From positions 1 through 31,925 of the IMG/VR virus record IMGVR_UViG_2917881069_000003: a stretch of DNA of 31,925 bases; one strand, written 5' to 3'. Position 1 is the stretch's first letter. Every line of letters starts with the position of its first letter. Source of the stretch: a virus. Taxonomy: Duplodnaviria > Heunggongvirae > Uroviricota > Caudoviricetes. Position numbers and translations under genes: made by a program. Positions 1-9,310 of the stretch are shown piece by piece. The notes under the pieces are model-generated. The model searched no databases. It saw nothing but the letters and a program-made list of their open reading frames with translations, and was not told where the DNA came from.

Positions 1-231
1 CATGGCCACCACCATCCAGATAACCATGTCCCCCGGTAAACGACGGCGGCGAACGGTCGCATGCGCAGAAAGCGTCAGACAGTGCTGTATCCACTCGACG
101 GGAAGGTGCTCTGCAAACAGTTGTGCAGAGGGCGGTGGCATAAGCGGATGGTCACTGAAATCGAGCAGATCATTTAGAAGTGGCATAAGAAAACGGCTCC
201 CTGTTGTGGAAGCCGTTATAGTGCCGCAGTT

Positions 232-257
232 TAAGGATCGGTCAACCGATCCTTAAC
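232..257. repeat. Perfect palindrome: 11-bp stem, 4-nt loop (ttaaggatcgg tcaa ccgatccttaa)
   Basis: Read directly from the sequence, just outside the ogr end of the prophage. No U-tract on either side, so not a classical intrinsic terminator. Confidence 0.5.
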
Positions 258-297
258 TGATCGGCATTACCTCGACTGAGGGGCTTTCTGTTTGTAA

Positions 298-516
298 TTA
301 CATCCACATAATTTGCTGCCCTGACGGCAACGGGTGCGGCCTTACGGCGTGGACTTCTCCCGGCTTCACGATGTATCTCTGCACCGACTCATAGGTGATG
401 AACGTGGCGCTGCAATTCACGTTCTGGCACTGGTGATAACGCTCTTTTGTCGTGTCAGTGATATAGCGGCTTGTACGCGCATGTGCGGCATGCTGGCATA
501 AAGGACAATGAAACAT
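298..516 (-). CDS. ogr: Ogr late-gene transcription activator (zinc-finger)
   Basis: 72-codon ORF from the ATG at 514-516 (minus). Product MFHCPLCQHAAH...CQNVNCSATF has the Cys4 zinc-finger pattern and matches P2 Ogr as I recall it. The ORF-track version (to 579) adds 21 aa from an upstream start. Confidence 0.88.
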   Translation of the reverse strand: MFHCPLCQHAAHARTSRYITDTTKERYHQCQNVNCSATFITYESVQRYIVKPGEVHAVRPHPLPSGQQIMWM

Positions 517-597
517 CGCGAGCACCTCTTCCGGTTTTGTTGATGGTGCCATTTTAGTTAATTTATCCTTATAAAACAAACAGATAAAATAAAAACA

Positions 598-1761
598 TCA
601 CTCATCATCTTCTGTTTCGTACTCCACATCAGAAAGCCTGACCTCAAGCTCTAAGGACGTCGTGAAGCCGCTATTATTCAGAAAATGTGTCACCTTAGTG
701 ATTGTCCAGTCCTGCTCGTCTATGACGCGCTTAAAGCCTGACACTCTGACCGGCGTTTCCGTGTAAATATCAGCCCGACCAGTGGCAAGGCTGATGGAGA
801 ACTCCGCAACGCCCCGTTGCAGTTTGTCCCACTTCGCCTGAGCGGCGCGCATTGCCTGCGCTTTCGTGGCATATACCGTGGTCAGGGCAAAAACGTTGTC
901 AGCCTCACCGGCCATGTATTCACCTTCGCGCGCTTCCGGTACTTTTGGTGCTTTCTTCTGCGTGACCGGTTTCGCTTTCGGGTGCTCCAGTGCGCGCAGG
1001 TGTTTCTCTTTCTTTTTGCGTTTCAGTTTTACCTTCTGCTTTTGCGGCTTCGGGTCTTTGGTGTGAAGCCACTTTGCCGTTACGCCGGTATAGGCTCCAC
1101 GGTCAGCAATCGCAAAATGATGACGGTCGCCGTCGCTGCGGGTGATGGTAATCTGCGGGATTTTTTTACCGCTGGCCGTCACCCCCTGCCCCGCTTTGAG
1201 AAACAACAGTTTTCCCATTTTTACCGACACCTCACCGCCGTTGCGTTCAGCAAGACGGGTCAGGAATTTCGCATCTGACTCCTGCGACTGGTCGATGTGC
1301 GGGATTTTAATTCCGGCCAGTGGCGGAGCGACACTGGCTTCCAGCCTGTTACGGGAGGCTATCGCTTCAACAATCGCACCGAGCGTGGTGTCATGCCAGG
1401 AGCCTTCACGGCGGGAATTGAGCGTCCCGCGAAAATCTGCACTCCGGGCGCGGATGGTAACCACATCCGGCGCGCCCCGGTGTTCAACCTCATCAACGGT
1501 AAATTTCCCTTTGCACACCAGGGCAAAACCTTTCCAGCCGATATACACCGTCAGGACAGCGCCACGAACCGGCAGCTCGACCTGCCCGTCGGCATCGTTC
1601 AGTTCAATATCAAGCTGGTCAGCCTCAAAGCCCCGGTTATCCGTCAGGGTCATGCTCATCAGACGGTCGCTGATATTGCCGGTAATATCCCTGCTGTCGA
1701 GCATCAGCATGTAATCCGGCGTCAGCGTACTGCCTGCATCAAATGTCAGCGTATCCAGCAT
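598..1761 (-). CDS. D: Tail protein D (387 aa, lysine-rich central segment)
   Basis: Length and sequence match P2 gpD; position between U and ogr as in P2. Confidence 0.9.
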   Translation of the reverse strand: MLDTLTFDAGSTLTPDYMLMLDSRDITGNISDRLMSMTLTDNRGFEADQLDIELNDADGQVELPVRGAVLTVYIGWKGFALVCKGKFTVDEVEHRGAPDVVTIRARSADFRGTLNSRREGSWHDTTLGAIVEAIASRNRLEASVAPPLAGIKIPHIDQSQESDAKFLTRLAERNGGEVSVKMGKLLFLKAGQGVTASGKKIPQITITRSDGDRHHFAIADRGAYTGVTAKWLHTKDPKPQKQKVKLKRKKKEKHLRALEHPKAKPVTQKKAPKVPEAREGEYMAGEADNVFALTTVYATKAQAMRAAQAKWDKLQRGVAEFSISLATGRADIYTETPVRVSGFKRVIDEQDWTITKVTHFLNNSGFTTSLELEVRLSDVEYETEDDE

Positions 1762-2240
1762 TATCCCGCCCCCGTCATACCCGTGAATCTGGTCGCCATA
1801 CTGCCAGCCTTACCGATGAGCGATTCCGCCTGTTTACCGATATCGCCATAAAGCGCGGCCAGTGATTCATCAACGCGGGTGAGCGACAGCGTAAAATCAA
1901 TTTTCCGGGGTGTGCCGTCTGCAAAGAAAATACTCCCTGTTTCACTCACCTTGCTGATGACATACATGCCGTAAATCATGCCAGTGCCATCCAGCAACGG
2001 CCACGCCCGGCCTTCATCTGCCATCAGCCTGAGCGTGGTCATCGTCAGCTTTCCGCCGGTCAGTTCGGGATAAAGCACACCGGCAAGCGTCATGTTTTCC
2101 TCACCCACACCGAGAAACTGGTAGGCATCCCGTTTACCGATACGGGAATTTGACGGCCAGCGATAATCTGATTCACGCTGCATGGTCTGGTGTGGCAGCG
2201 TCTGGCGCATAAAAACAAACATACCTAACGCGAGCATCAT
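1761..2240 (-). CDS. U: Tail protein U (159 aa)
   Basis: Length and order (T-U-D) as in P2; start overlaps the T stop region. Confidence 0.88.
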   Translation of the reverse strand: MMLALGMFVFMRQTLPHQTMQRESDYRWPSNSRIGKRDAYQFLGVGEENMTLAGVLYPELTGGKLTMTTLRLMADEGRAWPLLDGTGMIYGMYVISKVSETGSIFFADGTPRKIDFTLSLTRVDESLAALYGDIGKQAESLIGKAGSMATRFTGMTGAG

Positions 2241-2254
2241 TTTTCGTCACCTCC

Positions 2255-4702
2255 TTAACCGTCATGCATCATGCTGGCACGGGCGCGCGCACGTTTATCC
2301 CGCTCGTATTTTTCGAGCGCATCCTGTAACTGGCGGTCAAGCTGTGTCCCCGGCGCAGTACCCCCCGTCAGGCTGATGTGATATTCGTTTTTACTCTGGT
2401 CTACATAAGAGCGGCCAGCCGGTGCCGTGACCGGCTGATAAGCCTGATAACCTGCATAAGAGCTGGTCGCCGGAATATAACCACCGCTGCCATACGTGGC
2501 GGCTTGAGTTCTGGCGGCGGTCTGGTCAAGTGTGTCTGACTCTTTGTTGATGACACCGAGTTTTTCCAGTACCCAGTCAATACCGCTGCGCAGTTTGTTG
2601 AACGCATTAAGCGGCAGCATCAGCGCGTCAGCCAGTGCCTGCCCGAACATGACGCCCGTGTCACGGCAACGGTTCAGCGCGTCCTGAGTGGCTTTGACCG
2701 GGGCAATCAGGTTTTTAAACCACTGCCACGCGGCCTGTAACTTTTCGCCCAGCCAGTCAAACACCGGCTTAAGTGGCGTGAACAGTTCCCCCACCGGCGC
2801 AAATGCCGCTTTCAGCCCTTCCACCACACCGCCAAAGAATGCGCTGACAGGCTCCCAGTATTTACGGATAAGTAACGCCCCGGCGACAATGGCGGCCACC
2901 ACGGCCACAACCGGCCAGCTAATCGCCCCGATGGCCGTCATAACAGCACTGCCAACCGTCGTGAAGATTGCACCCATTGCGCCTGCTGCCGCGATGATGG
3001 CATTGATGCCGGTGATAACCGGCCAGGCTACGAGGCCAATGGCACCGATGACACCAATCAGTGCCAGTGCACCACCGACAATGATGCCGATGGTTGACGC
3101 CAGTGATTTGTTTTTCTGGATCCAGCCGTCGAGTTTTAACACATACTTTGTGGCCGTCTGCGTGAGCTTACGCAGTGCGCCTTCCTGCTGGTCAAACAGG
3201 TCAGTCCCCACAGACTCATAAGCGGACTGAAACTCCTTAAAGTCACCGCCGAGGTTGTCCTGCATGATTTTAACCAGCTCTGCGGTCTTTCCGTCTGAGG
3301 CTTTAAACGCAGCGGTCAGTTTGTCCAGCTTTCCGGTTGAGGCGGCAGTCATCAGCACGGCGGCGGCTGAACTGGCCTCCTCCCCGAAAATGGTTTTCAT
3401 ATATTCAGCCTGCTGGGCAGTACCGAGCCGGTTTTTCTCAAAACTGGCCTGCATTTCTTTCAGAATGGTAAATATTGGTCTGGTGTTTCCCTTACTGTCT
3501 GAGGTTTTCACACCAAGCTCTTTCAGTGCATCCCATGCTTTTCCCGTCGGTGCCTGCAGGCGGCTTAACACGGCACGGCTTCCCGTCCCCGCCATTGAAC
3601 CGGTAATTTTTGCATCATGCAGCGCCCCGACCATTGCGGCGGTTTCTTCAATGCTGACACCGGCATTTTTTGCCACAGGTGCGGCATAGGTCAGCGCATC
3701 GCTCATACCGTCAAAATCGGCGGCGGTTTTGTTCATCGTCATGGAGAGAACATCCCCGATATGAGCGACCTTATCGTTTGAAAGCTGAAAGGCGGATTTC
3801 ATCCCCATCAGCAGGGCGGCGTTTTCTTCCATCGTGCGACGGTTCGCCAGCGCCATATTCAGCGTGACCGGCGTTGCCGCCTGAATGGCATCAACATCCC
3901 CACCGGCTTTCGCAATAATAATCTGCGCACCGGCTGCATCATCCGCCGAGGCGGCGGTATTATCGCCGAGCTGGCGCGCCTGCTTGCGGAGCGCGGCCAT
4001 TTCGGCGGAGTCTTTTGCCACACCTAGCACGGCCTGCAATTCTGAGTTTTTCTGCGCAAACTCATAACCGGGCATCAGCAGCTTAACTCCGGCCATCGTT
4101 CCCGCAGCCGCAATCCCCACACCGGCAGCGCCAACTGAGGCCATATTTCCAGCCAGTTCCTTTCCGGCCTGATAACGCTGTTTGACTGCGTTAAGTTTTG
4201 CCTGTTGTGCACTGACACGCGCCAGCGCGTCACGCTGACGGTTAAGCTGTGCGGTGGTCTCACTGATACGGTTTTTCAGTCCCTGCTCATCATGTGCAAG
4301 ATTGCGGGTATTAATTCCCACAGCGGCCAGTTCCCGCTGCTGGCGCTTAACGGAATCCGTCAGGCGGTTATATTTCGCCTGTAAGTCCTCCGCCGCACGC
4401 TTTGCGGATTCCAGCACTTTCGCCTGAGCACGGGTCGGACGTTCGGTGTTTTTAAACTGTGTGGCAAGGGCTTCGGCTTCCTGCCGAGCCTTTTCAAGTG
4501 CATGACCAGTCACGGCGAGCTGTGCACTGGTCTTGCGGAATCCCTCAATACGGGATGCGTGACCGTTCAGCTCGCGCAGTGATTTTTGTGTTTCCCGGAT
4601 ATCCCCCGACAGCGACTTGCTCGCTGTGCGGATGGATTTAAACGGGCGGGATGCCTGGTCAACAGCCCTGAGCAATACCTGTAATTTTACATTGTTACTC
4701 AT
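2255..4702 (-). CDS. T: Tail tape measure protein (815 aa)
   Basis: 815 aa as in P2 gpT; long coiled-coil N-terminal part (Q/A/R/E-rich) and Gly/Ala-rich hydrophobic central segment typical of tape measure proteins. Confidence 0.9.
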   Translation of the reverse strand: MSNNVKLQVLLRAVDQASRPFKSIRTASKSLSGDIRETQKSLRELNGHASRIEGFRKTSAQLAVTGHALEKARQEAEALATQFKNTERPTRAQAKVLESAKRAAEDLQAKYNRLTDSVKRQQRELAAVGINTRNLAHDEQGLKNRISETTAQLNRQRDALARVSAQQAKLNAVKQRYQAGKELAGNMASVGAAGVGIAAAGTMAGVKLLMPGYEFAQKNSELQAVLGVAKDSAEMAALRKQARQLGDNTAASADDAAGAQIIIAKAGGDVDAIQAATPVTLNMALANRRTMEENAALLMGMKSAFQLSNDKVAHIGDVLSMTMNKTAADFDGMSDALTYAAPVAKNAGVSIEETAAMVGALHDAKITGSMAGTGSRAVLSRLQAPTGKAWDALKELGVKTSDSKGNTRPIFTILKEMQASFEKNRLGTAQQAEYMKTIFGEEASSAAAVLMTAASTGKLDKLTAAFKASDGKTAELVKIMQDNLGGDFKEFQSAYESVGTDLFDQQEGALRKLTQTATKYVLKLDGWIQKNKSLASTIGIIVGGALALIGVIGAIGLVAWPVITGINAIIAAAGAMGAIFTTVGSAVMTAIGAISWPVVAVVAAIVAGALLIRKYWEPVSAFFGGVVEGLKAAFAPVGELFTPLKPVFDWLGEKLQAAWQWFKNLIAPVKATQDALNRCRDTGVMFGQALADALMLPLNAFNKLRSGIDWVLEKLGVINKESDTLDQTAARTQAATYGSGGYIPATSSYAGYQAYQPVTAPAGRSYVDQSKNEYHISLTGGTAPGTQLDRQLQDALEKYERDKRARARASMMHDG

Positions 4703-5122
4703 TCGTGTTTCCGCTTCGCCGGAGCGCCTTTTCGCGCCATGTGATGAGTTCGGTCAGGCTCATGGGATACAGTTCTGATGGCGGCCAGTGAAATATCACT
4801 GCCACATCCGCCATCAGGTCATCGACCGACAGATTTTTCGGGAACGTCACTGCACCGAGTTCGGCGACAAAAAACCGACCACCTTACCGGCCAGCGCCAC
4901 AAGGTCAGGCAGTTCCAGCGCGGCGACTTCCTGCTCGGTCAGCATCGGTGCCGTCATGCGCGGCAGCACCTTAATCAGTGCATCGACTTCGGAGTTCGCG
5001 ACCGCTGCCAGACTGACACCGCGCAGCGTCCCGGCATTAGGTTTCATCAGCGTGACCTGTTCGATAACCTGCTCACCACGCTTGACCGGATTGTCCAGGG
5101 TAATCACATTTTCTTTGTTCAT
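4695..5122 (-). CDS. E': Tail assembly chaperone E+E' fusion made by programmed -1 frameshift (about 142 aa)
   Basis: After a -1 shift at the minus-strand TTTTTTG site (plus 4868-4874) the frame stays open to a TAA at 4695-4697, overlapping the T start. 428 nt + 1 = 143 codons, matching the known P2 E+E' product length. Confidence 0.7.
4847..5122 (-). CDS. E: Tail assembly chaperone E (91 aa)
   Basis: 91 aa, directly upstream of T, ending ...GKVVGFLSPNSVQ; a T6G slippery site sits near its 3' end. Confidence 0.88.
   Translation of the reverse strand: MNKENVITLDNPVKRGEQVIEQVTLMKPNAGTLRGVSLAAVANSEVDALIKVLPRMTAPMLTEQEVAALELPDLVALAGKVVGFLSPNSVQ
4868..4874 (-). other. Programmed -1 ribosomal frameshift slippery heptamer (TTTTTTG) for E/E'
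   Basis: Sequence read directly; same arrangement as the P2 E/E' and lambda G/GT tail chaperone frameshifts. Confidence 0.7.
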
Positions 5123-5178
5123 GGTTTTCTCACTTCTGAATCAGGGTTAACCGGTCAGCCAGGCTGACCGGATGAAAA

Positions 5179-5697
5179 TCACAGGCCGATATTGCGGCGG
5201 TGTTGCTCCAGCCGGTCGACGCCGTTCACCTTCTCAATCATGTTGATGGTGTCAATTTCGACCAGCTCCTTACCGTCCATCGTCAGCCGGAAATAGGTGC
5301 AGACCACGGAGATTTTCGACTCGGTGTCTTCTCCCTGTTTACCCTCGCCGGTGTCGATTTCTTTCTGACGGCCACGCATGACCACTTCGACGGCCACCGT
5401 TTCGCCGGTATCGTCACGCTGGTAAGAGCCTGCAAAACGAATCGGCACGGCATCCACACCGGTTGCGGCGTAAAGTTCCCAGATAACCGAATCCGGGAAG
5501 CCCCCGAGCGACCACTCCATTGACAGCGCATCGTCATCAAGGCCGAGGTCTACCGGTGCGCTGCCGTTCATCCCCGCACCGCGATAGTTTTCGAGCTTAC
5601 GGGTCAGTTTTGGCAGCGTGACGGACTTCGCGACGCCCTGATAGCTGTAGCCGTTCAGAAAGACGTTCATTAACTTGAGTTTGCGCGGCATTGCCAT
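5179..5697 (-). CDS. FII: Tail tube protein FII (172 aa)
   Basis: Length and position (FI-FII-E) as in P2. Confidence 0.9.
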   Translation of the reverse strand: MAMPRKLKLMNVFLNGYSYQGVAKSVTLPKLTRKLENYRGAGMNGSAPVDLGLDDDALSMEWSLGGFPDSVIWELYAATGVDAVPIRFAGSYQRDDTGETVAVEVVMRGRQKEIDTGEGKQGEDTESKISVVCTYFRLTMDGKELVEIDTINMIEKVNGVDRLEQHRRNIGL

Positions 5698-5709
5698 CGG
5701 TCAGGCTCC

Positions 5710-6900
5710 TTAATTGCTGTTAACCGAGGTGACCAGATTTGCCAGGTATTTATCGGTAATACGCTGGCGCAGGGTCAGGTTTTCAAGAGGAGGCACCGGG
5801 GTATAGTCGTAGTCGATATACAGTTTTCCGGCCTTGAGGGTTTCCGCATCGTTGGATTCTTCGCTGAACCAGCAGGTCGCATCCACGATATAGCCGTTTG
5901 TTTTCAGCTCACGGAATTTGGCATTGATACCGTCAACGATGTCGCGAATCAGCGTTGCGGTGATGGGCTTGTCCACCGCCCACATGTGCGCCTCAGCCAT
6001 CGTGTCGGCCAGCACCTGCGCGGTGCGGGTGTAGTTTTCAAAGAGGAACAGCGGGTCATCAGAGCAGGTACGGTTACCCCAGAATCGGAAACCGTCGCGG
6101 CGAATCAGCGTAGTGACGCCTGACTCGTTAAGCAGGTCAGCATCAGTGCCGGACTCCTGCAAATCCCAGAATACAGATGCGCTGATGCCGGTAACACCGT
6201 TTACCCCGACGTTGGACAGCGTTTTATGCCAGCCCTGCTCCTGGTCGATTTTAGCGCGCAGACCCAGCGCACGGGCGGTGGCATACGCGGTGGCGGTGGT
6301 GCTGGTGACCGTATCCCATGCGAGGAAATCCGGCCAGATGACCATCAGCTCACGCTGGCTGAAATTCTGGCGGTAGGCTTTCACCTCGGAAATGGTTTTA
6401 CAGCCCCATGCGCTGATATACCCGAAAGCGCGCAGCTTCTGACAGACAGATGCCAGTGCAACAGCCACCTCTTTGGTGTCCAGTCCCGGTACGCCGAGAA
6501 TACGCGGTTTAACACCGGTTACCGACTCCGCCGCCAGCAGGGCTTTCAGTCCGGTGTACTGACCGTTTTCGTCGGTGGTGCCGATGATATTGGAAACGGT
6601 CTGCGCGAGTTTCGTTTCCTCGTCGTCGCCGGTGCCGTCTTCCACACGCACGACAACGGTGACCGGTTTTGACTGGTCGGCGATGGCCTGCAACGATGCC
6701 GCCAGCGTGCCTTTTTTACCGGCCTTTGCAATTGCGCTCTGCACATTGGTAATCAGCACCGGTTTATTGAGGGGGAAGGTTTCCGCATCCGCATCGCTGG
6801 CCGTGCAGACCATGCCGACAATGGCAGTGGATACGGTGGAAATGACGCGGGTGCCGTCGTTAATCTCCAGCACCTGCACGCCGTGATGATAGTCACTCAT
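5710..6900 (-). CDS. FI: Contractile tail sheath protein FI (396 aa)
   Basis: Length and position as in P2 gpFI. Confidence 0.9.
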   Translation of the reverse strand: MSDYHHGVQVLEINDGTRVISTVSTAIVGMVCTASDADAETFPLNKPVLITNVQSAIAKAGKKGTLAASLQAIADQSKPVTVVVRVEDGTGDDEETKLAQTVSNIIGTTDENGQYTGLKALLAAESVTGVKPRILGVPGLDTKEVAVALASVCQKLRAFGYISAWGCKTISEVKAYRQNFSQRELMVIWPDFLAWDTVTSTTATAYATARALGLRAKIDQEQGWHKTLSNVGVNGVTGISASVFWDLQESGTDADLLNESGVTTLIRRDGFRFWGNRTCSDDPLFLFENYTRTAQVLADTMAEAHMWAVDKPITATLIRDIVDGINAKFRELKTNGYIVDATCWFSEESNDAETLKAGKLYIDYDYTPVPPLENLTLRQRITDKYLANLVTSVNSN

Positions 6901-7133
6901 CCGTTTAACTCCGTGGTTAATGGGTGCAACTATTTTCTGTTGTGCAAAGCATGAGACGCTATTTGACCTGGATGGTCAGTGTATGAAACAACAGATAAAG
7001 GAAAGGTGGGCAACTTGCCCGCCTCTATTTATTGCGGTATTCCCGGCCATTCAGGATTTGTCGCAGCTCATAATTACCTGCAAAGAAACAAAGAAAAGAT
7101 GAAAATACAAACTGTCTAGTACAAAGAAATCCA

Positions 7134-7358
7134 TCAGACTTCCAACACCCCATACACGTGCCCCCACCACGGTATGCTGCTCCGCTTCCCTTTGCGGATA
7201 TTTTCTATCCATCGACATTCAGTCAGGATATGCACGTGCGCGATGAAGAATGTACACACGACTATTGCCCTGTAAGCCCAGTTCCCGGTAAGAATAGCAA
7301 CCAGCATCTGCGCTGCTACAGCACAAAGCGAGTGTATATTTGGGGGAATATCCATCAT
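7134..7358 (-). CDS. Hypothetical small protein (74 aa) with hydrophobic segments, in the Z/fun-position island
   Basis: ORF with tandem ATG start and AAGAG-like RBS (short spacer); product has a long hydrophobic stretch (LCAVAAQMLVAILTGNWAYRAIVVCTFFIA). No recognisable family; could be non-coding. Confidence 0.25.
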   Translation of the reverse strand: MMDIPPNIHSLCAVAAQMLVAILTGNWAYRAIVVCTFFIAHVHILTECRWIENIRKGKRSSIPWWGHVYGVLEV

Positions 7359-7370
7359 AAACTCTTCGAC

Positions 7371-7395
7371 GAAACCACGCTGTGGTTTCTCTTGT
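7371..7395 (+). terminator. Candidate hairpin (8-bp stem gaaaccac/gtggtttc, 3-nt loop) followed by tctcttgtt
   Basis: Read directly from sequence; moderate U-tract only on the + strand. Confidence 0.3.
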
Positions 7396-7862
7396 TATCA
7401 AACCGAGCGGCATTATCACTAGGTTTACTAAATTGCCAGCTTCACTGTGAATGATATGCATGATAGAATCAGAGAATTAAATTATACAGAATTTAATCAA
7501 TTCCGCGTTTTATGCCCGTTGCTTCCACGGGCTCTTTTTAAAAAACCATCTATAATAAATAATTGCATTCACTTTTATTCCAATACAGAATAGAATATGA
7601 AATCATCAATTTGCACCATTAATTTTCAAATCTTCCCCGCTTTCGAGTAAATGCGGTTTTTTTATATGAGCACAACTTCACATTAACTATTTTTATACTT
7701 ATAATTTGCTTCGCTTAAAAATATTCAAAATGTACGCCAATAGATTTAATTATGTTGAACTTGTCACCAGCGAAACAATCACCACGCAAACAATCCCTCA
7801 TGTTAGTTATACTGTAATGCGTTGCAGTATGATGTACAGATGACTTCATTAAATCATGTCAC

Positions 7863-7911
7863 AATGTTCAGATATAATGCTTCATGTTATGAAGGTAGCG
7901 TTCTGAACATT
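7863..7911. promoter_or_regulatory. 10-bp inverted repeat (aatgttcaga ... tctgaacatt, arms about 29 bp apart) 30-80 bp upstream of the glycosyltransferase-like gene
   Basis: Read directly from sequence; sits in a roughly 480-bp very AT-rich leader (7460-7940). Possible operator or regulator-binding site. Confidence 0.3.
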
Positions 7912-7942
7912 CATAAACATTGTTAACGTTAGAGGTTGCATA

Positions 7943-9232
7943 ATGAAAACCGATATCACTGCCATGTCTGAAAATATAGTGGAATTCTTTGAACAAACAA
8001 CACTGCATGATTACATCAAAAAAACATGGCTATACAATGAAAATTGCTTCGTTATTGATTTCGAATACAAAGGCGTGAAATTTGCATTAGATTTCACAGC
8101 CAGCCAACCAGGTGTAAACGTGGATTTTGTTCTACGAAATAATTACTCTTTTTATACTATAAAAGGCAATACTAAAAAAGAAAACATTTCATCTTCTGCT
8201 ATTTTAACAGCAGCCCTGCAAGCTTCTCTTCTAAAAATCACAACGGTAATTAATGAAATTAATTCTATTTATCCCTTTGATGTCTCAGTTATTATTCCGG
8301 TTCACAACCGAGAAACCCTTATTCTCGAATGCATTAAATCTTTAAACAATCAGACTATAGATAAAAATTGTTTTGAAGTTATTTTCATTGATGACTGTTC
8401 CACTGACAGGAGCATTGCCGCCATTGAATATAACATTTCGAGAGAAATAAATTATCGTATTATCCGTAGAGAAGTTGGTTCAGGAAATGCATCAGCGCCG
8501 CGAAATGAGGGAATAAAATCCGCAAAAGGTCGTTATGTGTTTTTCTTAGATTCTGATGATTCCATTCACTCTGACTTACTGTCCGATGGCATTCAGATGG
8601 CTTATAAAAATAATAGTGACATTGTATATTTCAAGCAGGTTTCCTCTACAGGAAGAGGGGTTCCCGTACGCCCATTTAAGGCAGACACAAATAAAGCGGA
8701 CATTATAAAAAACCATCTTTTCAGATCATTAAAAATCTTCAAGCTCTTTAAAAAAGAGTTACTAATCAATAATAACATCTTATTTAACCCATCAATTTCA
8801 GTCTATGAGGACATGCTTTTTTCTTGCCAAGCTCTAACTGTAGCTAATACGATATCTATACTGGCAAGAAAAGGCTACTACTCTCTGAATCGCCATGAAG
8901 AACCACATCTATCTAAAACATCTTTCTCCATTAAACAAAGAGTCTTAGTATTACAAACAGGTTTGATTTATATCTTATCAAGTAATAAAAATGAAGCAGA
9001 AATAGTAAAAATGTTTAATGCGTGGTTGGTTATTTGCGTTGAACACCTGGCATCCATATTATCCAAAAAAAGTTTAACAACTAATGAGAAATCTCATATT
9101 TTCAACTTGATACATAAATCATTCTTACCATATACAGGGTTTGTAAATGAGCCCCAAATATATCCCGCACAAAGAGAGCTGGTCAGTTGTTTAATCTGTG
9201 GAGATTATTCTTCTTTTTGCGAAAAAATATAA
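7943..9232 (+). CDS. Family-2 (GT-A fold) glycosyltransferase-like protein with unrecognised N- and C-terminal domains (429 aa)
   Basis: ATG with AGAGG RBS 7 nt upstream. GT2 motifs seen in translation: VSVIIPVHN, FIDDCSTD, SAPRNEG, FFLDSDD (DXD at nt 8549-8560), YED. Visibly AT-rich relative to the phage backbone and on the opposite strand to both flanking late operons. Confidence 0.8.
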   Translation: MKTDITAMSENIVEFFEQTTLHDYIKKTWLYNENCFVIDFEYKGVKFALDFTASQPGVNVDFVLRNNYSFYTIKGNTKKENISSSAILTAALQASLLKITTVINEINSIYPFDVSVIIPVHNRETLILECIKSLNNQTIDKNCFEVIFIDDCSTDRSIAAIEYNISREINYRIIRREVGSGNASAPRNEGIKSAKGRYVFFLDSDDSIHSDLLSDGIQMAYKNNSDIVYFKQVSSTGRGVPVRPFKADTNKADIIKNHLFRSLKIFKLFKKELLINNNILFNPSISVYEDMLFSCQALTVANTISILARKGYYSLNRHEEPHLSKTSFSIKQRVLVLQTGLIYILSSNKNEAEIVKMFNAWLVICVEHLASILSKKSLTTNEKSHIFNLIHKSFLPYTGFVNEPQIYPAQRELVSCLICGDYSSFCEKI

Positions 9233-9278
9233 AGAACACTTAGCTACAGATACTCCTCACTTTGTATCTGACGCATTT

Positions 9279-9310
9279 ACCCCTCACTCTAAATTAAGGG
9301 GGAGGGGTTT
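9279..9310 (+). terminator. Weak candidate terminator hairpin downstream of the glycosyltransferase-like gene
   Basis: cccctc ... gagggg stem followed by gtttcat; imperfect, long loop. Confidence 0.25.

Noticed and set aside
2-256. 84-aa + strand ORF at the left edge
   Set aside because: The translation is Arg/Cys/Gly-rich with no protein-like pattern and lies in the non-coding flank beyond ogr; no RBS seen. Treated as a chance ORF.
817-4641. Numerous 60-190-aa ORFs on the + strand inside D, U and T (e.g. 817-1278, 1142-1714, 1297-1851, 2688-3221, 3255-3689)
   Set aside because: Shadow ORFs antisense to well-supported P2 tail genes; translations are low-complexity (Ala/Arg/Ser/Pro-rich).
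4778-5167. Overlapping + strand ORFs antisense to E/E'
   Set aside because: Antisense to the conserved E/E' frameshift region; no independent support.
6920-7102. 60-aa + strand ORF just beyond the FI start
   Set aside because: Lies in the probable late promoter region for FI; no RBS or recognisable product.
7158-7461. Overlapping ORFs 7158-7454 (+) and 7219-7461 (-)
   Set aside because: Mutually overlapping, with odd composition (Cys/His/Trp-rich); only the 7134-7358 minus ORF was kept, and at low confidence.
7634-7668. Possible terminator (ccgc ... gcgg plus T7) in the AT-rich leader
   Set aside because: The stem is only 4 bp; more likely part of an AT-rich promoter or UP-element region.
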